64,000 nucleotides of DNA from positions 109,120,001 to 109,184,000 of the forward strand of contig NC_059430.1 of the NCBI RefSeq assembly GCF_021028975.2, in the 5' to 3' direction. Below, piece after piece: positions 24,131-37,398 of the stretch. Every line of letters begins with the position of its first letter. The first letter of the stretch is position 1. This DNA is from Sphaerodactylus townsendi (lineage: Eukaryota). The notes under the pieces were generated by a model that did not search any database, was not told where the DNA came from, and saw only the letters and a program-made list of their open reading frames with translations. Made by a program: the position numbers and the translations under genes.

Positions 24131-24918
24131 CTAGAAGCAAGAGAGGACAACATGATGAGGACCAGAAGCATCAAATGGAGCTCAGACTTGCATTCTTCTG
24201 TTGCTATGTAGGGGAAAAGTCAGCAGGCTGAAGTTCCTCCAGACAAAGGAAGATGCCCTTTCCCTTCCTTTTACTGGCCTCATTTGGTAGGCAAGAATGC
24301 AAATATATCTTCCCAAGAAATTTATTCCCTTCCAATACGAATTCTTTATCATTGTACCTGTTCTGCAATCTCTAGGATTTAATAGCCCCAACATGTAGTG
24401 CATTGAAGTTCACAAATTCATGGAGGATATGTTATCTGTGGTTTCTAGCCATGATGATTAAAGGGAACCTTCACATTCAGTGGCAATAAACCTCTGCATC
24501 TCAGTGCCAGGAGGCAACATCAAGAGAAGGCGTCGGCCTCCATGTCCTATTGTTGGCCCTACCAGAGAAACTGGTTGGCAACAGTGCGAGATGCAATGCT
24601 GGACTAGATGAACCACCGGTCTGATCCAGCAGGGGTCTTCTAACGAGCCGATGGACCCATGTGGGGGAGCTCAGTGCAATTTTTGACAGTAATAGATCTG
24701 AGAGTAACCCAGACCCCTCTGTTTCTGAGCCACTCAAGAGCCTTTAGAATTTAATCCCCAAGACTCAAGAAGCACATCAGTGGTCCTGAACTGCTCTAGC
24801 CATTATACAAGAGTATACTGTTTAGTCCAGGCTAAATAAAGCAAGACGTTTTGGAGTCTCCGAGAAGCGTTCTCTGTCCTGCATTCAGCTGCCTGCCCCA
24901 GAAGAGCTCTTCGGCCAC

Positions 24919-25030
24919 CTGGTCGTGCTGATGAAGGGCTTGAAAGTCCCGAGCCCGGATCAGCTTCTTTACATGCTCCATTTCTTGCCCCTCCAGTTGG
25001 TAGTTGAGGTCTCCCAACCAGAAGACAACA
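24919..25030 (-). CDS. INPP5B: INPP5B coding exon 12 (catalytic motif I)
   Basis: 112 nt, VVFWLGDLNYQLEG...HDQ. Confidence 0.94.
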
Positions 25031-26337
25031 CTGCAAAAAGAAAGATGCTGAAGATCAGGAAAGCCTCTTGCAGGCTAACAACAAGCACACCATCCCCCTA
25101 GAGCAGACTGGTGGGGAAGAGAGGAGGAAGAGCAAGAAGGGACCCCTACCCACCCTTGCAGCCCCCCTAAGGCCCTGCTGTTTTCACTTTTGTTCCTGCT
25201 GGTGGCTATAAACAGGAAATGCCACTGGGGGCCATACTAGGCTTCATATCACAGATAAATCCAATGGTCTCTTGCCAGCTTTTTTAAAAAGTGAAAAGCA
25301 GCTGCAGGAGTAGGGTTTCCAGCCTCAACCATAATGAAAGTGGGGTAGGTTGCTCAAGGTTAACAATCCAAGCAAGCACCTGTATGGCTAATGGTGTTAT
25401 CGTACCAGTGTCTCTAATATTCAACAAGCACTTCAACTATTATAACTAAGCTTTTATACTATGTCAAACTTAACAACATAAACAATATCTACGCAGGCTT
25501 ATTATTGTGTGATGATTTACACAAAGAAACTTAAATCAAATAGTCCTGCTGCAAAGGGCTCACAAAAACAATTTAACAGTGAACAATATGCATATTCCTT
25601 GGTTGTTGAATGACTTTGTGAAACCTTCACAGTGGACACTTATCTTGTAATTTTCCAAAAAATCATTTCCCCAAAAAGCTAGAAATCTTTACGGTTCTTT
25701 TTTGCTTTGCTATATAAGAATTGGCTGTCCAGGATAGACAATTCTGGCCAGTTACTCCGCTCTGGTCCATTCCTGCCACAGGAAAAAAAATGGCAGGCAC
25801 AACTTTACAAAAAGGCAAGTTTTGCTAATAGCTGCCAAGGCAATAGAAATGATATTTTTTACAAAGATCTATGTTAAACAGTGCAGGGCATATTGGTTTT
25901 GATGAAAGTGGTGCTGAAATAAGATTTGCTAAGACAAAAAGAGAATCAGAAAAAGGGGGAGACGCAGGCGCTAGTATTTGGTGGAGCATTCCACCTCAAA
26001 AAAAGGTCCAGGAATATGTGGCAAAGTACTTCCCATATCTCCTGAGATGTTTATGTTGAAGGGATTATAGACAAGTGAGAAGCATTTTGTCGTTGGTTTC
26101 CTCTGCAGACTACTCCTTGGTGGTCTCCCATCCAAATACGGACCCTGCTTAGCTTCCGAAAGCTGATGAGATTGGGCTACATCATGGACTTACGGCAACC
26201 TCAGCAAGGGGCTTTCAAGGCAGGTGAGAAGCAGAGGCGGTTTACTGTTGCTTTCCTCTGCAGAGTCATCCTTGGTGGTCTCCCATTCAAGTACCTACCC
26301 TGATTAACTTATGATATGTGATGAGATCAGGCTATAC

Positions 26338-26846
26338 CAGTGATGGCGGTTCTTTTCGAGACCGAGTGCCCAAATTGCAACCCAAAACCCACTTATTTAT
26401 CGCAAAGTGCCAACACGGCAATTTAACCTGAATACTGAGGTTTTTGTTCAGAAAAAATGGTTGGCTCCGAGGCGTGTGTTACTCAGGAGTAAACTTGGTG
26501 GTAGTCGGTGGCTTTGCTTTGAAGCAACTGTGCAACTCTTCCAATGGGTGAATCACGACCCTAGGAGGGTTTACTCAGAAGCAAGCCCCATTGCCACCAA
26601 CCCAACTTACTTCCAGGTAAAGGATCATGCTTTAGTTCTTCACATGAAAATCAGTGGGGTTTAACAGCGCTTAACATGATTACCTACACTGCTTCCCCAA
26701 AACTAGGTCTTAAGTTTAATGCTAATAATCGAGCCCAGCGGCCCAGGCCAGCCTAGATGTGGGGGGGGGGGGGCACTCTGCACGCGCCCACAGAGAGGGC
26801 TCTGAGTGCCACCTCTGGGACCCATGCCATAGGTTCGCCATCACTG
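26338..26846. mobile_element. Non-autonomous hAT element
   Basis: TIR CAGTGATGGCG...CGCCATCACTG; TSD GGCTATAC. Confidence 0.85.
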
Positions 26847-27057
26847 GGCTATACTATATAACCTTCCTCCCCAGAGTGCATCTAATAAGACTTTAGGTAA
26901 GTAAAAAGGGGCAGGGAAGTGTTACAGGAAGCCTAATTTAAGGAGGGGCAGATGTTTACTCCCACATACACAAGGCCCCCTTGCCAGTTGTCCCCTTGTA
27001 AGAAACAGCACAGCATCCCTAAGGAGGTCAATAAGACCCGCCCCTTTGCCAACCTAC

Positions 27058-27245
27058 TCATGTCCATTTATGGCAAGGAGTGGGCGGCTGGACTCCAGCT
27101 GGTGAAACTGCATGCGGGCACAGATGTCTCGGACTTCCTGGTTCCGCCGCTCGTATTCCTCTGGGTGGGCCGCCAGGTGGGTGTTGACTATGCAGACAGT
27201 GGTGTTGTGGAACTGGAACCTGATGGCTACCCCGCCTTTGTTGCC
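27058..27245 (-). CDS. INPP5B: INPP5B coding exon 11
   Basis: 188 nt, [27 protein letters not shown]. Confidence 0.94.
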
Positions 27246-27850
27246 CTTGGCAGCAGGATTGTGGGGGACAGAGAGAGAAAGAGAGAGAAAGGAAGGAAGT
27301 CAAATGTTTTCCCCCTACTAACGACACTGTGGGAAGGCAGCCTTGGGTGGCTTGTAAACAGATGTTCTTCTTCTGCCTTTGCTTCTACCCTGGAGTGCTT
27401 CTTTGGGGAGTATCTACACAACCTTATTCTTCAACTCTCCATTTACCAGGTTTAATTTCATCCTTGGTACACCCTGTCTCAAACCTGGTTAACTAACCAT
27501 CTTGCCTGAAAGAATGCAGTCTTAATGGGATGTTGTCTTAATGGGAAGGTGGCTCCAACCTCCCACCCACATCAGTATCATTTTTCACACCATGCCACCA
27601 GTGGGTGTGGAAAGTCTCATCTAATCACAGCTGGCTTATGGCAACCCCACAGAGTTTTCAAGGCAAGAAATGGTTAGAGGTGGTTTGCCATTGCTTGACT
27701 CTGGACAGACTTCCTTGGTGGTCTCCCATCCAAGAACCAACTGTGTCCAGCCCATCTTAGCTTCCATGGTCTGCTAGGATCAGGCCATTCTGTATCATGG
27801 CCTGCCACCAGAGGTCTTCTAAAACCACACATACAGTAATTGGGATAGAA

Positions 27851-27998
27851 CAGGGATCTGCAACCTGCAGCTCTCCATATATTCATGGACTACAAATCCC
27901 ATCAGCACCTGCCACTTTGGCCAATTGGCCATGCTGGCAGGGGCTGATGGGAATTGTAGTCCATGAACATCTGGAGAGCCACAGGTTGCAGTCCCCTG
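27851..27998. mobile_element. hAT-type MITE
   Basis: Palindromic; TSD (G/C)GATAGAA. Confidence 0.85.
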
Positions 27999-28279
27999 CG
28001 ATAGAACTATATCACTACAGCAATTACTGATTTTTTAAAAAGCCCTTAGAAAGCTCTCCAGTGGTGTAATGAGAAAAACTGCAGAGGAAATGGTGGCTGA
28101 CGGAGGAGAAAATATGCAGAAAGTTCCTTTGTGGTTACTCAATGGCCAATGTGAATCCCTTTGCATTTGAAGCAGTACTGAATGCAGATCAGATAATTCT
28201 TTCCATATGGGTGCTGCCTTAAGAGATTGGGATTCCCAGACATCTCTGAAGTAGTGAGCCCTGTGGGGATAGGGCAGGA

Positions 28280-28487
28280 NNNNNNNNNNNNNNNNNNNNN
28301 NNNNNNNNNNNNNNNNNNNNNNNNNNNNNNNNNNNNNNNNNNNNNNNNNNNNNNNNNNNNNNNNNNNNNNNNNNNNNNNNNNNNNNNNNNNNNNNNNNNN
28401 NNNNNNNNNNNNNNNNNNNNNNNNNNNNNNNNNNNNNNNNNNNNNNNNNNNNNNNNNNNNNNNNNNNNNNNNNNNNNNNNNNNNNNN
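28280..28487. other. Assembly gap (208 N) in an INPP5B intron
   Basis: Run of N; flanking exons join in frame, so no coding exon appears to be missing. Confidence 0.99.
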
Positions 28488-29520
28488 AGGCCAGAGAAGA
28501 CCCAGAGTGCCTTCTTCACAGCAGTTGGCACCTGTCCCCCTGCAAGAGTCAACTATACTCTTTTCCACTGAAAGATCTAAGTACAACTGTAAATTCATCC
28601 GCCACTTCTTCTTGGACCTTATTTCTAGTAGAATTCTCCATGAGGTCCTACTGCCTGCCTTGCTTTGTCTTCAGCCCCACCCACTGTTCGGACGAAAAAA
28701 TACAAAACTCACCCTTAGGTGATTGAGGATTAGCCCAGGGCAGTGGTGTAGCGCCCATGGGTGGGGGGTGCGACACCCCGAGCGGAGCAGCGGTGGAGGC
28801 GTGGTTGGGCTATTGAAGGGGTGTGGCAGGGGTGTTCCAGGGCGTGGTGGGGCAGGCGACGCTGCGGCAGGGGCACAGGGCGCACGCACGCCCCAGGCAC
28901 AGTTTCCCCTTGCTCTGCCTCTGGCCCAGGGAGAGGATCACAATTGTCTGCCCTCTGCAATTTGAAGAAATTTGAAATAACAGCGAGGAGAGTTCTCTGC
29001 TAAGTTTGAAAAACCCACTCCTGCTCTGTTGGCCATTTTTTACAATGGAAATGAACGTCTCCATTTGAAAAAGGCAAATCTTGCCGAAAGTTGTTCGAGG
29101 CAACATAAATGCTCTTTTATCAAAGTACCATGTTTAATGGTGCAAACAATGGTTTTGATGAAGGCTGCACTTAAAAACGATTCTTTAATGGTCCTAGACA
29201 TTTGGGACTATTTTCACCAGCAGAAGCGTGGTACTTTCACCTCTGCTGCACCACAACTGACCGCACTTAGACCTTTCAGTGGAAGAGGGTATAGATGCCC
29301 GCCTCTATAGGGAACCGTGGAATGCATCCAGGGACAAATGGCCCATAGAAAGGGCTTCTTCAGCCCCTCTGAGGAATGGAGCCATCCCTCCATAGGCGGG
29401 CATCTTGCATGCCCACTTCAAGGTAGAGGCTGTGAACAAGCATTGCAAGCCAAGCTGACCTAAGCAGTAAGAGCAGAGCCAACCCCAATCCCCGCAGAGG
29501 TGCTGCCCAGCGGCCCTCAC

Positions 29521-29637
29521 CATTCTGCCCATGATGCCTGTGCCAACCGTCTCGGCCTCCACTTCAGAGACGTTCATGGCGAGCTCTGTTCTCACATACA
29601 GCAGCAACAGGATCCCGACCAGTCGGACAAGCTTCAC
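29521..29637 (-). CDS. INPP5B: INPP5B coding exon 10
   Basis: 117 nt, VKLVRLVGILLLLYV...ETVGTGIMGRM. Confidence 0.95.
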
Positions 29638-30110
29638 CTGTGAACACAGCAGGGAGCAGGGAAGGTTTGTGCTTGCTGCATCCACCCAAGGAGAAGAGTG
29701 CAAAGCAGGATCCAGAGTTCCTCTAGGGCTTGTGGATCTCAACAAGATAACGCCCGCTGTCTTCAAAGCTGGTTCATAGACACTATTGCTGCAAACCCTT
29801 GGGCTTCTTTGTCAGGCAGGAAGGGACAAACAACCACATGTGCCCCACTCAGCATGCCTGGAAGGAGCAGGAAGGAAAGTGCTGGCATGCCAGTGTGCTG
29901 CTGCAGAAAGCCCCTATTCCCCCTTTCCTCACCCTCTTTTGTATATCTCAAATGGGAAGCTGACTGCTCACACTTAAGACCCACACAGAACCCACTTTAG
30001 TCAGAAATGCCATTTTTCTCTTGCCTTCTACATGTGACAAACTGATTAAGTCCATCTTGCCACAGAGCACCAAGGTAATTTTGCCCGCTCAGCAGCCAAC
30101 CCCAACCTAC

Positions 30111-30225
30111 CTTGGCATATTTGGCTCCTGGGTGAAGGCTCTCGGTGACAGCCTTAAACCATTCCTCTTCTTTGGGCGTGTCATTGAAGAAAAAGGCCTC
30201 TTTGCTCAGGTCAAGCTCTTGGAAG
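30111..30225 (-). CDS. INPP5B: INPP5B coding exon 9
   Basis: 115 nt, [22 protein letters not shown]. Confidence 0.95.
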
Positions 30226-30373
30226 CTGCGCCCAGGAGAGGAAGCTGTGGGTGAGAAATCGTAGCACATGCAAACACCACCCCCGCCCCCCGCCCCATCA
30301 CTTCCTCTGAGAAAAATAAATTGGACTGTTGTCTGAGTTGCAAGTGTTTAATGCAATTTTGGGGCCAGGAAAG

Positions 30374-30927
30374 CAGGGGCGTAATGCCCATTGGGCAAGG
30401 TGGGCAGCTGCCCAGGGCATCACCTTGTGAGGGGCACCAAAATTCAGGGTTCGTTTTTGGGTATTTTTAGTGGTTTTCCATTTTTGGCCTGCAGGGGGTG
30501 CAGTTTTTAGGCTAGCCAGCAGCACCAAATTTTCAGCGTTTTATCAGGAGACTGTCCTTATGCTACCCCCCAAGTTTGGTGAGGTTTGGTTCAGGGAGTC
30601 CAAAGTTATGGACCCTCAAAACTGTAGCCCCCATCTCCTATTAGCTCCCATTGGAAACAATGGGGGATGGGGCACCCCCTTTGGGAGTCCATAACTTTGG
30701 ACTCCTTGAACCAAACCTCACCAAACTTGGGGAGTAGCATAAGGACAGTCTCCTGATGATACGCTGAAATGTTGGTGCTGATATATCTAAAAATGCACCC
30801 CCTGCAGGCACCAATGTCCTGGTGCAAAAAAATTTGGTCGTGGTGGAGTGGCCGCCCATGGGGAGGGGGGGGGTGGGATCCAACTCAGGTTTTGCCCAAG
30901 GCTGCAGTTTGCCTCGTTATGCCCCTG
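30374..30927. mobile_element. Non-autonomous hAT-type element with long internal inverted repeat
   Basis: TIR CAGGGGCGTAA...TTATGCCCCTG; TSD CAGGAAAG. Confidence 0.85.
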
Positions 30928-32311
30928 CAGGAAAGTGACATAGTATAGTCATATCTTGTTACATCTCAAAAGTTAAATTGGGTCAGTACATAGGTGGGTG
31001 GCCACAAAGGAAGATTTTGCCGAGGAAGGCAAAGGCAAACCATTTCTACTTCTCATTTGCCTTGAAAGCCTCTTGCTTGGTTCACCATAAGTCAGAGACA
31101 ATAATAATGCAATTTGGTCGACTAGAATTGAAATCACTGAAATTATCCACACTTCTAAAACAGGAGCACGTTTACATGGGGCATTACAGAACTTGATTGG
31201 AATGAACTGGGGCCCCTACAATATTGTCTGGCTCAGGCATGACACAACAACATTTTGGAGTAGAGAAGTTTATGAAGGGGAGGGCTAGAAAGTTGCCTGT
31301 CTGACCTCCATCTTCCCAGAATGAGAAATTTTCCTATCACATCCCAGGGGCTTTGTGTTGGACTGAAAAGCAAGCCTCGAATGCAATGTGAAAAAAATCT
31401 TGCTGTGAAGGGTAACCAGAGAGGTGGAATTATGACGCCCCTGGGCCTGTGGCTGAATCCCCCAGCATGCAATGCATAAAAGGAGTGTGTCAAAACCTGA
31501 CTTCCCTGGGATGTGTTTCCCACACACTTATTTATTAATTTGTTCATTCATTCACTTCATTTCATTTACCGGACGCCCTTCTGCATATGGGCTCAGGATG
31601 TCATACATCAATATGATAAACTACAACAAAATCCAAATAAAATCTGAACATTCTTAACAGTGCAGGCGTCATAAAATCCAATGCAAGGGAGGGTAGTTAA
31701 AATAGACTATTCCTATACTTGCACTAGTCTAAAAGGAAGGAAAAGGACAGGGGAAATGAGATGGAAGAGGGCAAACAGGAGGAGGGAGGGAAGGCCAAAC
31801 ATATGGGTCACTATTGCTGTCCTCAAACATAAGCCTGGTGGAATAGCTCTGTCTTGCAGACCATGCGGAACTGTACTAAATCCTGCAGGGCCCTGGTCTC
31901 ATTCAACAGAGTGTTCCACCAGGCTGGGGCCAGGACTGGAAAGGCCCTGTCCCTAGTCAAGGACAGCTGGACTGCTTTCAGGCCAGGAATCACCAATAAG
32001 ATGTTGTTTGCCGAGTTTAACACTCTTTGGGGAGCACATTTGGGGAGGTGGTCCCACAGGCCCACAGATAAAGAAATCCCAGAAGATCTTTCTGGCCCCA
32101 GGGAAATGTTCACTTTATCCTTCTGGAGATGCAGCAGGAAGCTTGGCTGGAGGGGATTTTCAGCTTGGGCTACACATTGCATACCCCAGTTCACCCAATA
32201 CAAAACACAGCCCTGTCACAGACAGCACTCATTCCAGATTGGCGATGCCCCCATTTCCTTAAAGCATGCCTGAGGGCAAATGCTCAGAAAGGGAAGGGAA
32301 GGCCTACATAC

Positions 32312-32413
32312 CCCACACAGTAAACATCAGGAGGCTCCCCTTCTTGGCTTAGCCAGGGCTGGAGGCTCTCTCGGGGTGACTGGCCATTCACGTTGTATGT
32401 CCCGACAAAGAAC
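32312..32413 (-). CDS. INPP5B: INPP5B coding exon 8
   Basis: 102 nt, [13 protein letters not shown]...PDVYCVG. Confidence 0.95.
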
Positions 32414-32642
32414 CTGCCGAGAAGCAGAAGAGTTGTCCGGAGCCACAAGCTGCAGCAGAATTCTGCCAGCACCCAAAGCCACCAAAACAGACCCTGCAAA
32501 CAGACTTTGCTCTCTCCTCACTGGCCTCTATTATGCCTGAGCAACTGAATGGCCATTGAATAGAGGGTGGGGAGGAATAATTCTCACCCAAACAATCTTT
32601 AAGCCCAAAGCCACCCCTCTAGGCCCTTCAGGTTGACATTAC

Positions 32643-32798
32643 CGGAAGCTCTGGATGCGTGTGTATGAATTTTCCTTCTGCTTGAGCCAAGAGTGGATGT
32701 GGGTGTCTCTCAGTCCAGATGGCCGAGTGCACAGGCACTGTGTCCACTCAGAGGCTGACTCATTGGATGATTGGACCATCTCACTGGCAGTCTTTGGC
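32643..32798 (-). CDS. INPP5B: INPP5B coding exon 7
   Basis: 156 nt, ...GLRDTHIHSWLKQKENSYTRIQSF, phase 2-2. Confidence 0.88.
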
Positions 32799-33638
32799 CT
32801 GGAAAGGCTGGGGGCAGATGAAAGGATTCAGATATGGAAATGACAGGGAGCAGAGGCTGACAAATCAGGCCCACACGGAGTCCCAGAGCTTGGTTCAATC
32901 AAGTAGGTGGCAATCAGTGTTCTCTGTTTCTCACACACAGTTGTGTGTGTGGCTTCCTTGATTCTGTGTCAGGCTAGTGCTGCTGAAAACATAAATGAAG
33001 CACGCAAAAGGGCTTCCCTCCTGCTTTTGCTTTGACCTGACAATAGGAAAACTGCCTGGAATCTGCTGTTCCCAGGGAAAGTTCCAAAATTTGGCAACTC
33101 CTGGCCCAACAACCCCACTTGCAAGAAAATAAAGACCCCTTAACTATAAAAGAGTCTCCTCTGTGTTTGCCAAGATCTAACCTAGGCAAAGGGGTACCAA
33201 CCAATACTACAGTTGCTAGTACCTACTCTCACATATGCCTAACCTGGATGGCCTGAACTTGAAAGCTAAGTAGGATCAATGCTGGTTAGTATTTGAATGG
33301 GAAACTACCAAGGAAGTCCAGGGCCTCTACCCAGAGGCAGGCAATGGCAAACCACTTTGTCTCTTGCCTTGAAAACCCTACAGGGTTGCCATGAGTCAGC
33401 TGCGACTTGAGCATACACATTTACCATTGCACATGCATGCTCTGAAGTCACACACGTGCCATCACATGCCTCTCAGAGAGGGTGCAGAAGTTCCCACTGT
33501 TGTGAACAGAACACTCAGCCCCCATCTTGGTAACCAATGGGCTCTGAACTTCCCCTCCCCCCCATCATTTAACAACAAACAACAAGCAGTTCTTTAGAGG
33601 CATAAGCAAAGAGTATCCCATCATTTGCTTCATCTTAC

Positions 33639-33720
33639 TTCTGATGTCCGTAAGTGGGCGCAGCCTTGACTTCACCATCGGTGCTCAGTTCTGGGTCCAC
33701 CACCATTGCAGTTTTGTTCC
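33639..33720 (-). CDS. INPP5B: INPP5B coding exon 6 (linker, divergent)
   Basis: 82 nt open, tgcag acceptor and AA|GTAAG donor; phase 1-2 bridges the flanking exons; little recognisable similarity. Confidence 0.6.
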
Positions 33721-34372
33721 CTGCAATTTCAAAGACAATCCTCATTGGTTTTTTTCCACTGTGTGCAGCTGTTTTCGGGCAAGGGCCACCAAGGGCTTTC
33801 TCCCAGGGAAACTTTTTGGCCAGTTTTGCTTTCAGGCATGCAACCTAGCATGGTCCCAGCTCTCCAGGAAGGCCAAGGAAAAACACACATGCTGCTGGAC
33901 AAAGAATTCCCTCTAGACCAATCAGAACAAGCAGAAAGCTCCATTCAGCCTTTTTGCAGAACCCCTTTGAATGGAAAGGAAGTGTTGGGTGGCACCCTTC
34001 CCCTTCAAGAGCCACCTCTGCTAAGAGTTCCTTATGGGTGCTAGATACGCTGTTGGCCCCGGGCTTTTGTGACAGGACCAATTTCAGCTACAGCCTTGGA
34101 CTGGGCAAAGTGTGATGCTTTTCAGCATGGACTCCCTACCTTTTCTTTACTACTGAGCCAGTAACTTTCACGTGCTCTCAAACATCCAGGTTTCCACATT
34201 GGACAGCACTGTTTGCAGGCAAGCTTGAGCCCCACAACATCTCATTGAAAGGGGGGTGGGGTGAAAACATGGGCTGAACACCACTAGAAATAATGAGGCA
34301 TTATACCTGAACTTTAATTCCTAGGGTCGCTATAATGCGGAAGCGATTTGACGGCATTTAACACACACGCAC

Positions 34373-34486
34373 CTGGACTGCAGCGCTTCCTAATCTCCTG
34401 CAGGAACATCTGGGTCTGTGAGCCAAAGGGCAGCTGCACCAGCAAGCTGGCATCACACAAGGTAATCTGGACTGTAACATCAGAGC
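34373..34486 (-). CDS. INPP5B: INPP5B coding exon 5 (PH)
   Basis: 114 nt, SDVTVQITL...QLPFGSQTQMFLQEI. Confidence 0.92.
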
Positions 34487-35399
34487 CTGCACATTGAAGA
34501 CACAAAAGCAGTATGCTCATTATTATTGTCTGTGTCTGGCGAACGCTCATCAGGGTTGGTAGCACAGCCATAGATGTCCACAGTACCCTAAAGTGACCTT
34601 CAGTGATCTCAACTGCAAATCCAAAGCTAACAGTGGGACAAGTCTGAATGAAGGCCATTGAGCTTGTTACAAGCAGGGCCCATGTAAGCACCTTTAGCTA
34701 TGAACCTGCATCTTCCTTGAGAATAAACTAGCCTGAATTATTCTATGATGTGAGTTTCTTTTGTGCAAATTGTAATTGTATTTATTTAAATCTTCATTTA
34801 AACAGTGCCTGTCTCCCCAGAGGGGGCCCAAAGAGATTCACATCATTTTCCTCTTCTCCATTTTATCCTCACAATAACACTATGAGGTAGATTAACCTGA
34901 AAGTGTGTGACTGGCATAAGGTGACCCTGCAAAGTGGGAATGCAAACTGAGTCTCCCAAATTTCAGTTCAGAACTCTAGACCTGTGTCCTCAATCTTTCT
35001 AAGCCTGGATGCACTTTCCAAATTCTGGAACAGTATGGTGGGCAGCTTAACTTCAGTCACACAGTGACCCTAGTGAGGTTGTAGCAGCTACGTCAAAGCA
35101 ATTTTTTTTAATCTGCACAATCAACTCTACAATGGCCAGTCAGAAGCCTTGCTGGACAAAAGCCCATCTGGCCCCACCTACTTGGCGGTCACCAGGAAAG
35201 GTGGGGGCAGGCTCCAGGGCACCCAAGAGCACCCTGCTGGGGACTTCTGCTCTAATCACGTCACACTGGCTCTCAGTGCAGTGCACAGAGTCATATCATT
35301 CATGCAGCCTAACTGATTGCGGTGGGTTTTCACAGAGAGGAATGTGTTACACACTGTGTCTAACTGTGTCACAGTGTGTAACAGACATACTGTATGTAA

Positions 35400-35547
35400 C
35401 AGACTTCTCTCTGTGATACACCTCTGAAGATGCCCGCCACAGATGCAGGCGAAACATTAGGAACAAGATCCACCAGACCACGGCCACACAGCCCGGAAAA
35501 CCCACCACAACCAGTTGAATCCGGTCGTGAAAGCCTTCAACAATACA
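35400..35547 (+). mobile_element. Penelope-like element terminal fragment
   Basis: ctctgaagatgcc...cacagatgcaggcgaaac...gaaagccttcaacaatac resembles squamate Penelope ends as I recall them. Confidence 0.55.
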
Positions 35548-36184
35548 TGCAGCCTAACTTGACAGGAAGTAGGGTAAAAGATTCTGGGGGCAAGAGGGAC
35601 AGCATTACCCTTCTTATAAATCATCCTATTAGGAACCATGACATTAACTGAGCCACTGTCAAGCCGCACCCCCGCCCCACCCCTTGAGTCTTGCCATACT
35701 TAACCAGGAGAGACTGGGAGACTGGGGCACCACAGAATTCCTGGCTTGTGATTATGCTTGCTTGGTTAGAGTTTTGTAGTCACAGTTTTCCCTTCCCAGC
35801 CAGACAACACCTGCTGGCTTATCATGGCTCCAACCTTGGAGGAACAGCATGGCCTGTGAACGCTTTTGGTTTTGGGAAAGTCCATTAGGTAAAGGGGGTG
35901 CCCAGTGGTATACCACGAGAAAATGACACCCGGGGCAAGCCCTGAAGTTGCACCCCCCAAAATTGAACCCTCCCCTCCAAACTGCACCTCTGGGTGAGGC
36001 ATTGGGCTGTGTGTGGTGGCCAGGAGGTCAGCCGTGCAAGCTGGGACTTTGCAAGGTGCAAGCAAAGGTTGGAGGGTGGGAGTCGGTGGGGGTGGGAAGA
36101 GGCAGCTGAATGAGCCCCACACCGTGACCAAGGCAAGTGGCAATTGAGTCACGAGACCCCCCAGCCCAACATATGCCCCTAGGG

Positions 36185-36274
36185 CAGGGGTCTGCAACCT
36201 GCAGCTTTCCAGATGTTCATGGACTACAAATCCCATCAGTCCTTGCCAGGATGGCCGCAGGTTGCAGACCCCTG
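36185..36274. mobile_element. Internally deleted hAT MITE
   Basis: Terminal inverted repeats; TSD CCCTAGGG. Confidence 0.85.
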
Positions 36275-36439
36275 CCCTAGGGATTCCTAGTGGAGATATA
36301 GTTTGCTACATTGTCTGAGAACTTTAGATTCAGCAAAAACCTCTGTAGGGTACCTGTTTGTTACTCTGATGCAATAAACCTAATTTCAGCAAACTTGACT
36401 CTGGTAATTGGGAGGTCAATGGGCATGACAGTCACTTAC

Positions 36440-36469
36440 CTGGGATTTGCAGGTCATTCTCCGGGGTGA
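36440..36469 (-). CDS. INPP5B: INPP5B coding exon 4 (30-nt microexon)
   Basis: ttttgacag|TPENDLQIP|GTAAGT, phase 1-1. Confidence 0.85.
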
Positions 36470-36793
36470 CTGTCAAAAGATGAGAAAAGTGGTTACTGGT
36501 GGAGGGGCCACAAGAGGCTTGCCCTGTTCAGTCATTCTCTTGGGGTGAAGACCCCCCCTCCCAGAGTCAGAAGAGTGGGCCATAGTTTCTGCCAAAGCCG
36601 CTGGGCATCGAAAGCATCCACCCACTGCCCCTTATTTGTTATTTGGCATAGATCCCTCTCAGCTGGACTGAATTGTTTCAACATCTCCAAAAGCCAAAAG
36701 GAGAACAGAAGGAGCTCCCCCACAGATATCCTGTGTGATGTATGACAGCCACATGGAAGGAAGCAAACGATGTGCGGGAAGAGCAACCTCTAC

Positions 36794-36891
36794 CTTCTTC
36801 CACTGCGAATCCCTTCTGGATGAGGAGAACCCTGTCCAGGCAAATGTCCTCAGCAGTGATAGCCATCCTCCGGTGCTTGTAGAGGCATATC
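36794..36891 (-). CDS. INPP5B: INPP5B coding exon 3 (PH)
   Basis: 98 nt, ICLYKHRRMAITAEDICLD. Confidence 0.92.
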
Positions 36892-37250
36892 CTGCAGGCA
36901 CAAAGCAGGAAGGAGAACCCAGCCAACCCACAATATCAGCAACCATCTCCACTGTACATCAAAGACAACTTCAGTGCAGAGTGTGAAAAGGCCAAGTTCT
37001 ACCCTAGGGATTACCAACCAAATGGCTGATCACAATGCCCTTGTACACAGCTATATCCAGTATGTGTAGCATACTGGGTATAGCTCTGGTTGTGCCATCG
37101 TAAATATATATATATATATATATCAATGAGCGTGATGAAAGAAAGCACTTTCCCTGTGTGGAAAGGCAGAAGGTTTTGAAACTTTGCAGTTTGCAAAAAG
37201 GACACAACCTAAAAAGAGCTCTGCTTGGTCAGACAGTGGTCCATCTAGTC

Positions 37251-37398
37251 CAGGGGTCTGCAACCTGTGGCTCTCCAGATGTTCATGGACTACAATTCCC
37301 ATTAGCCCCTGCCAGCATGGCCAATTGGCCATGCTGGCAGCGGCTGATGGGAATTGCAATCCATGAACATCTGGAGAGCCACAGGTTTCAGACCCCTG
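37251..37398. mobile_element. hAT-type MITE
   Basis: Palindromic; TSD ATCTAGT(C/G). Confidence 0.88.

Noticed and set aside
26952-27455. 167-aa plus-strand ORF
   Set aside because: Antisense shadow of an INPP5B exon
28035-28598. Long ORFs in the ORF track
   Set aside because: Artefacts of the N gap
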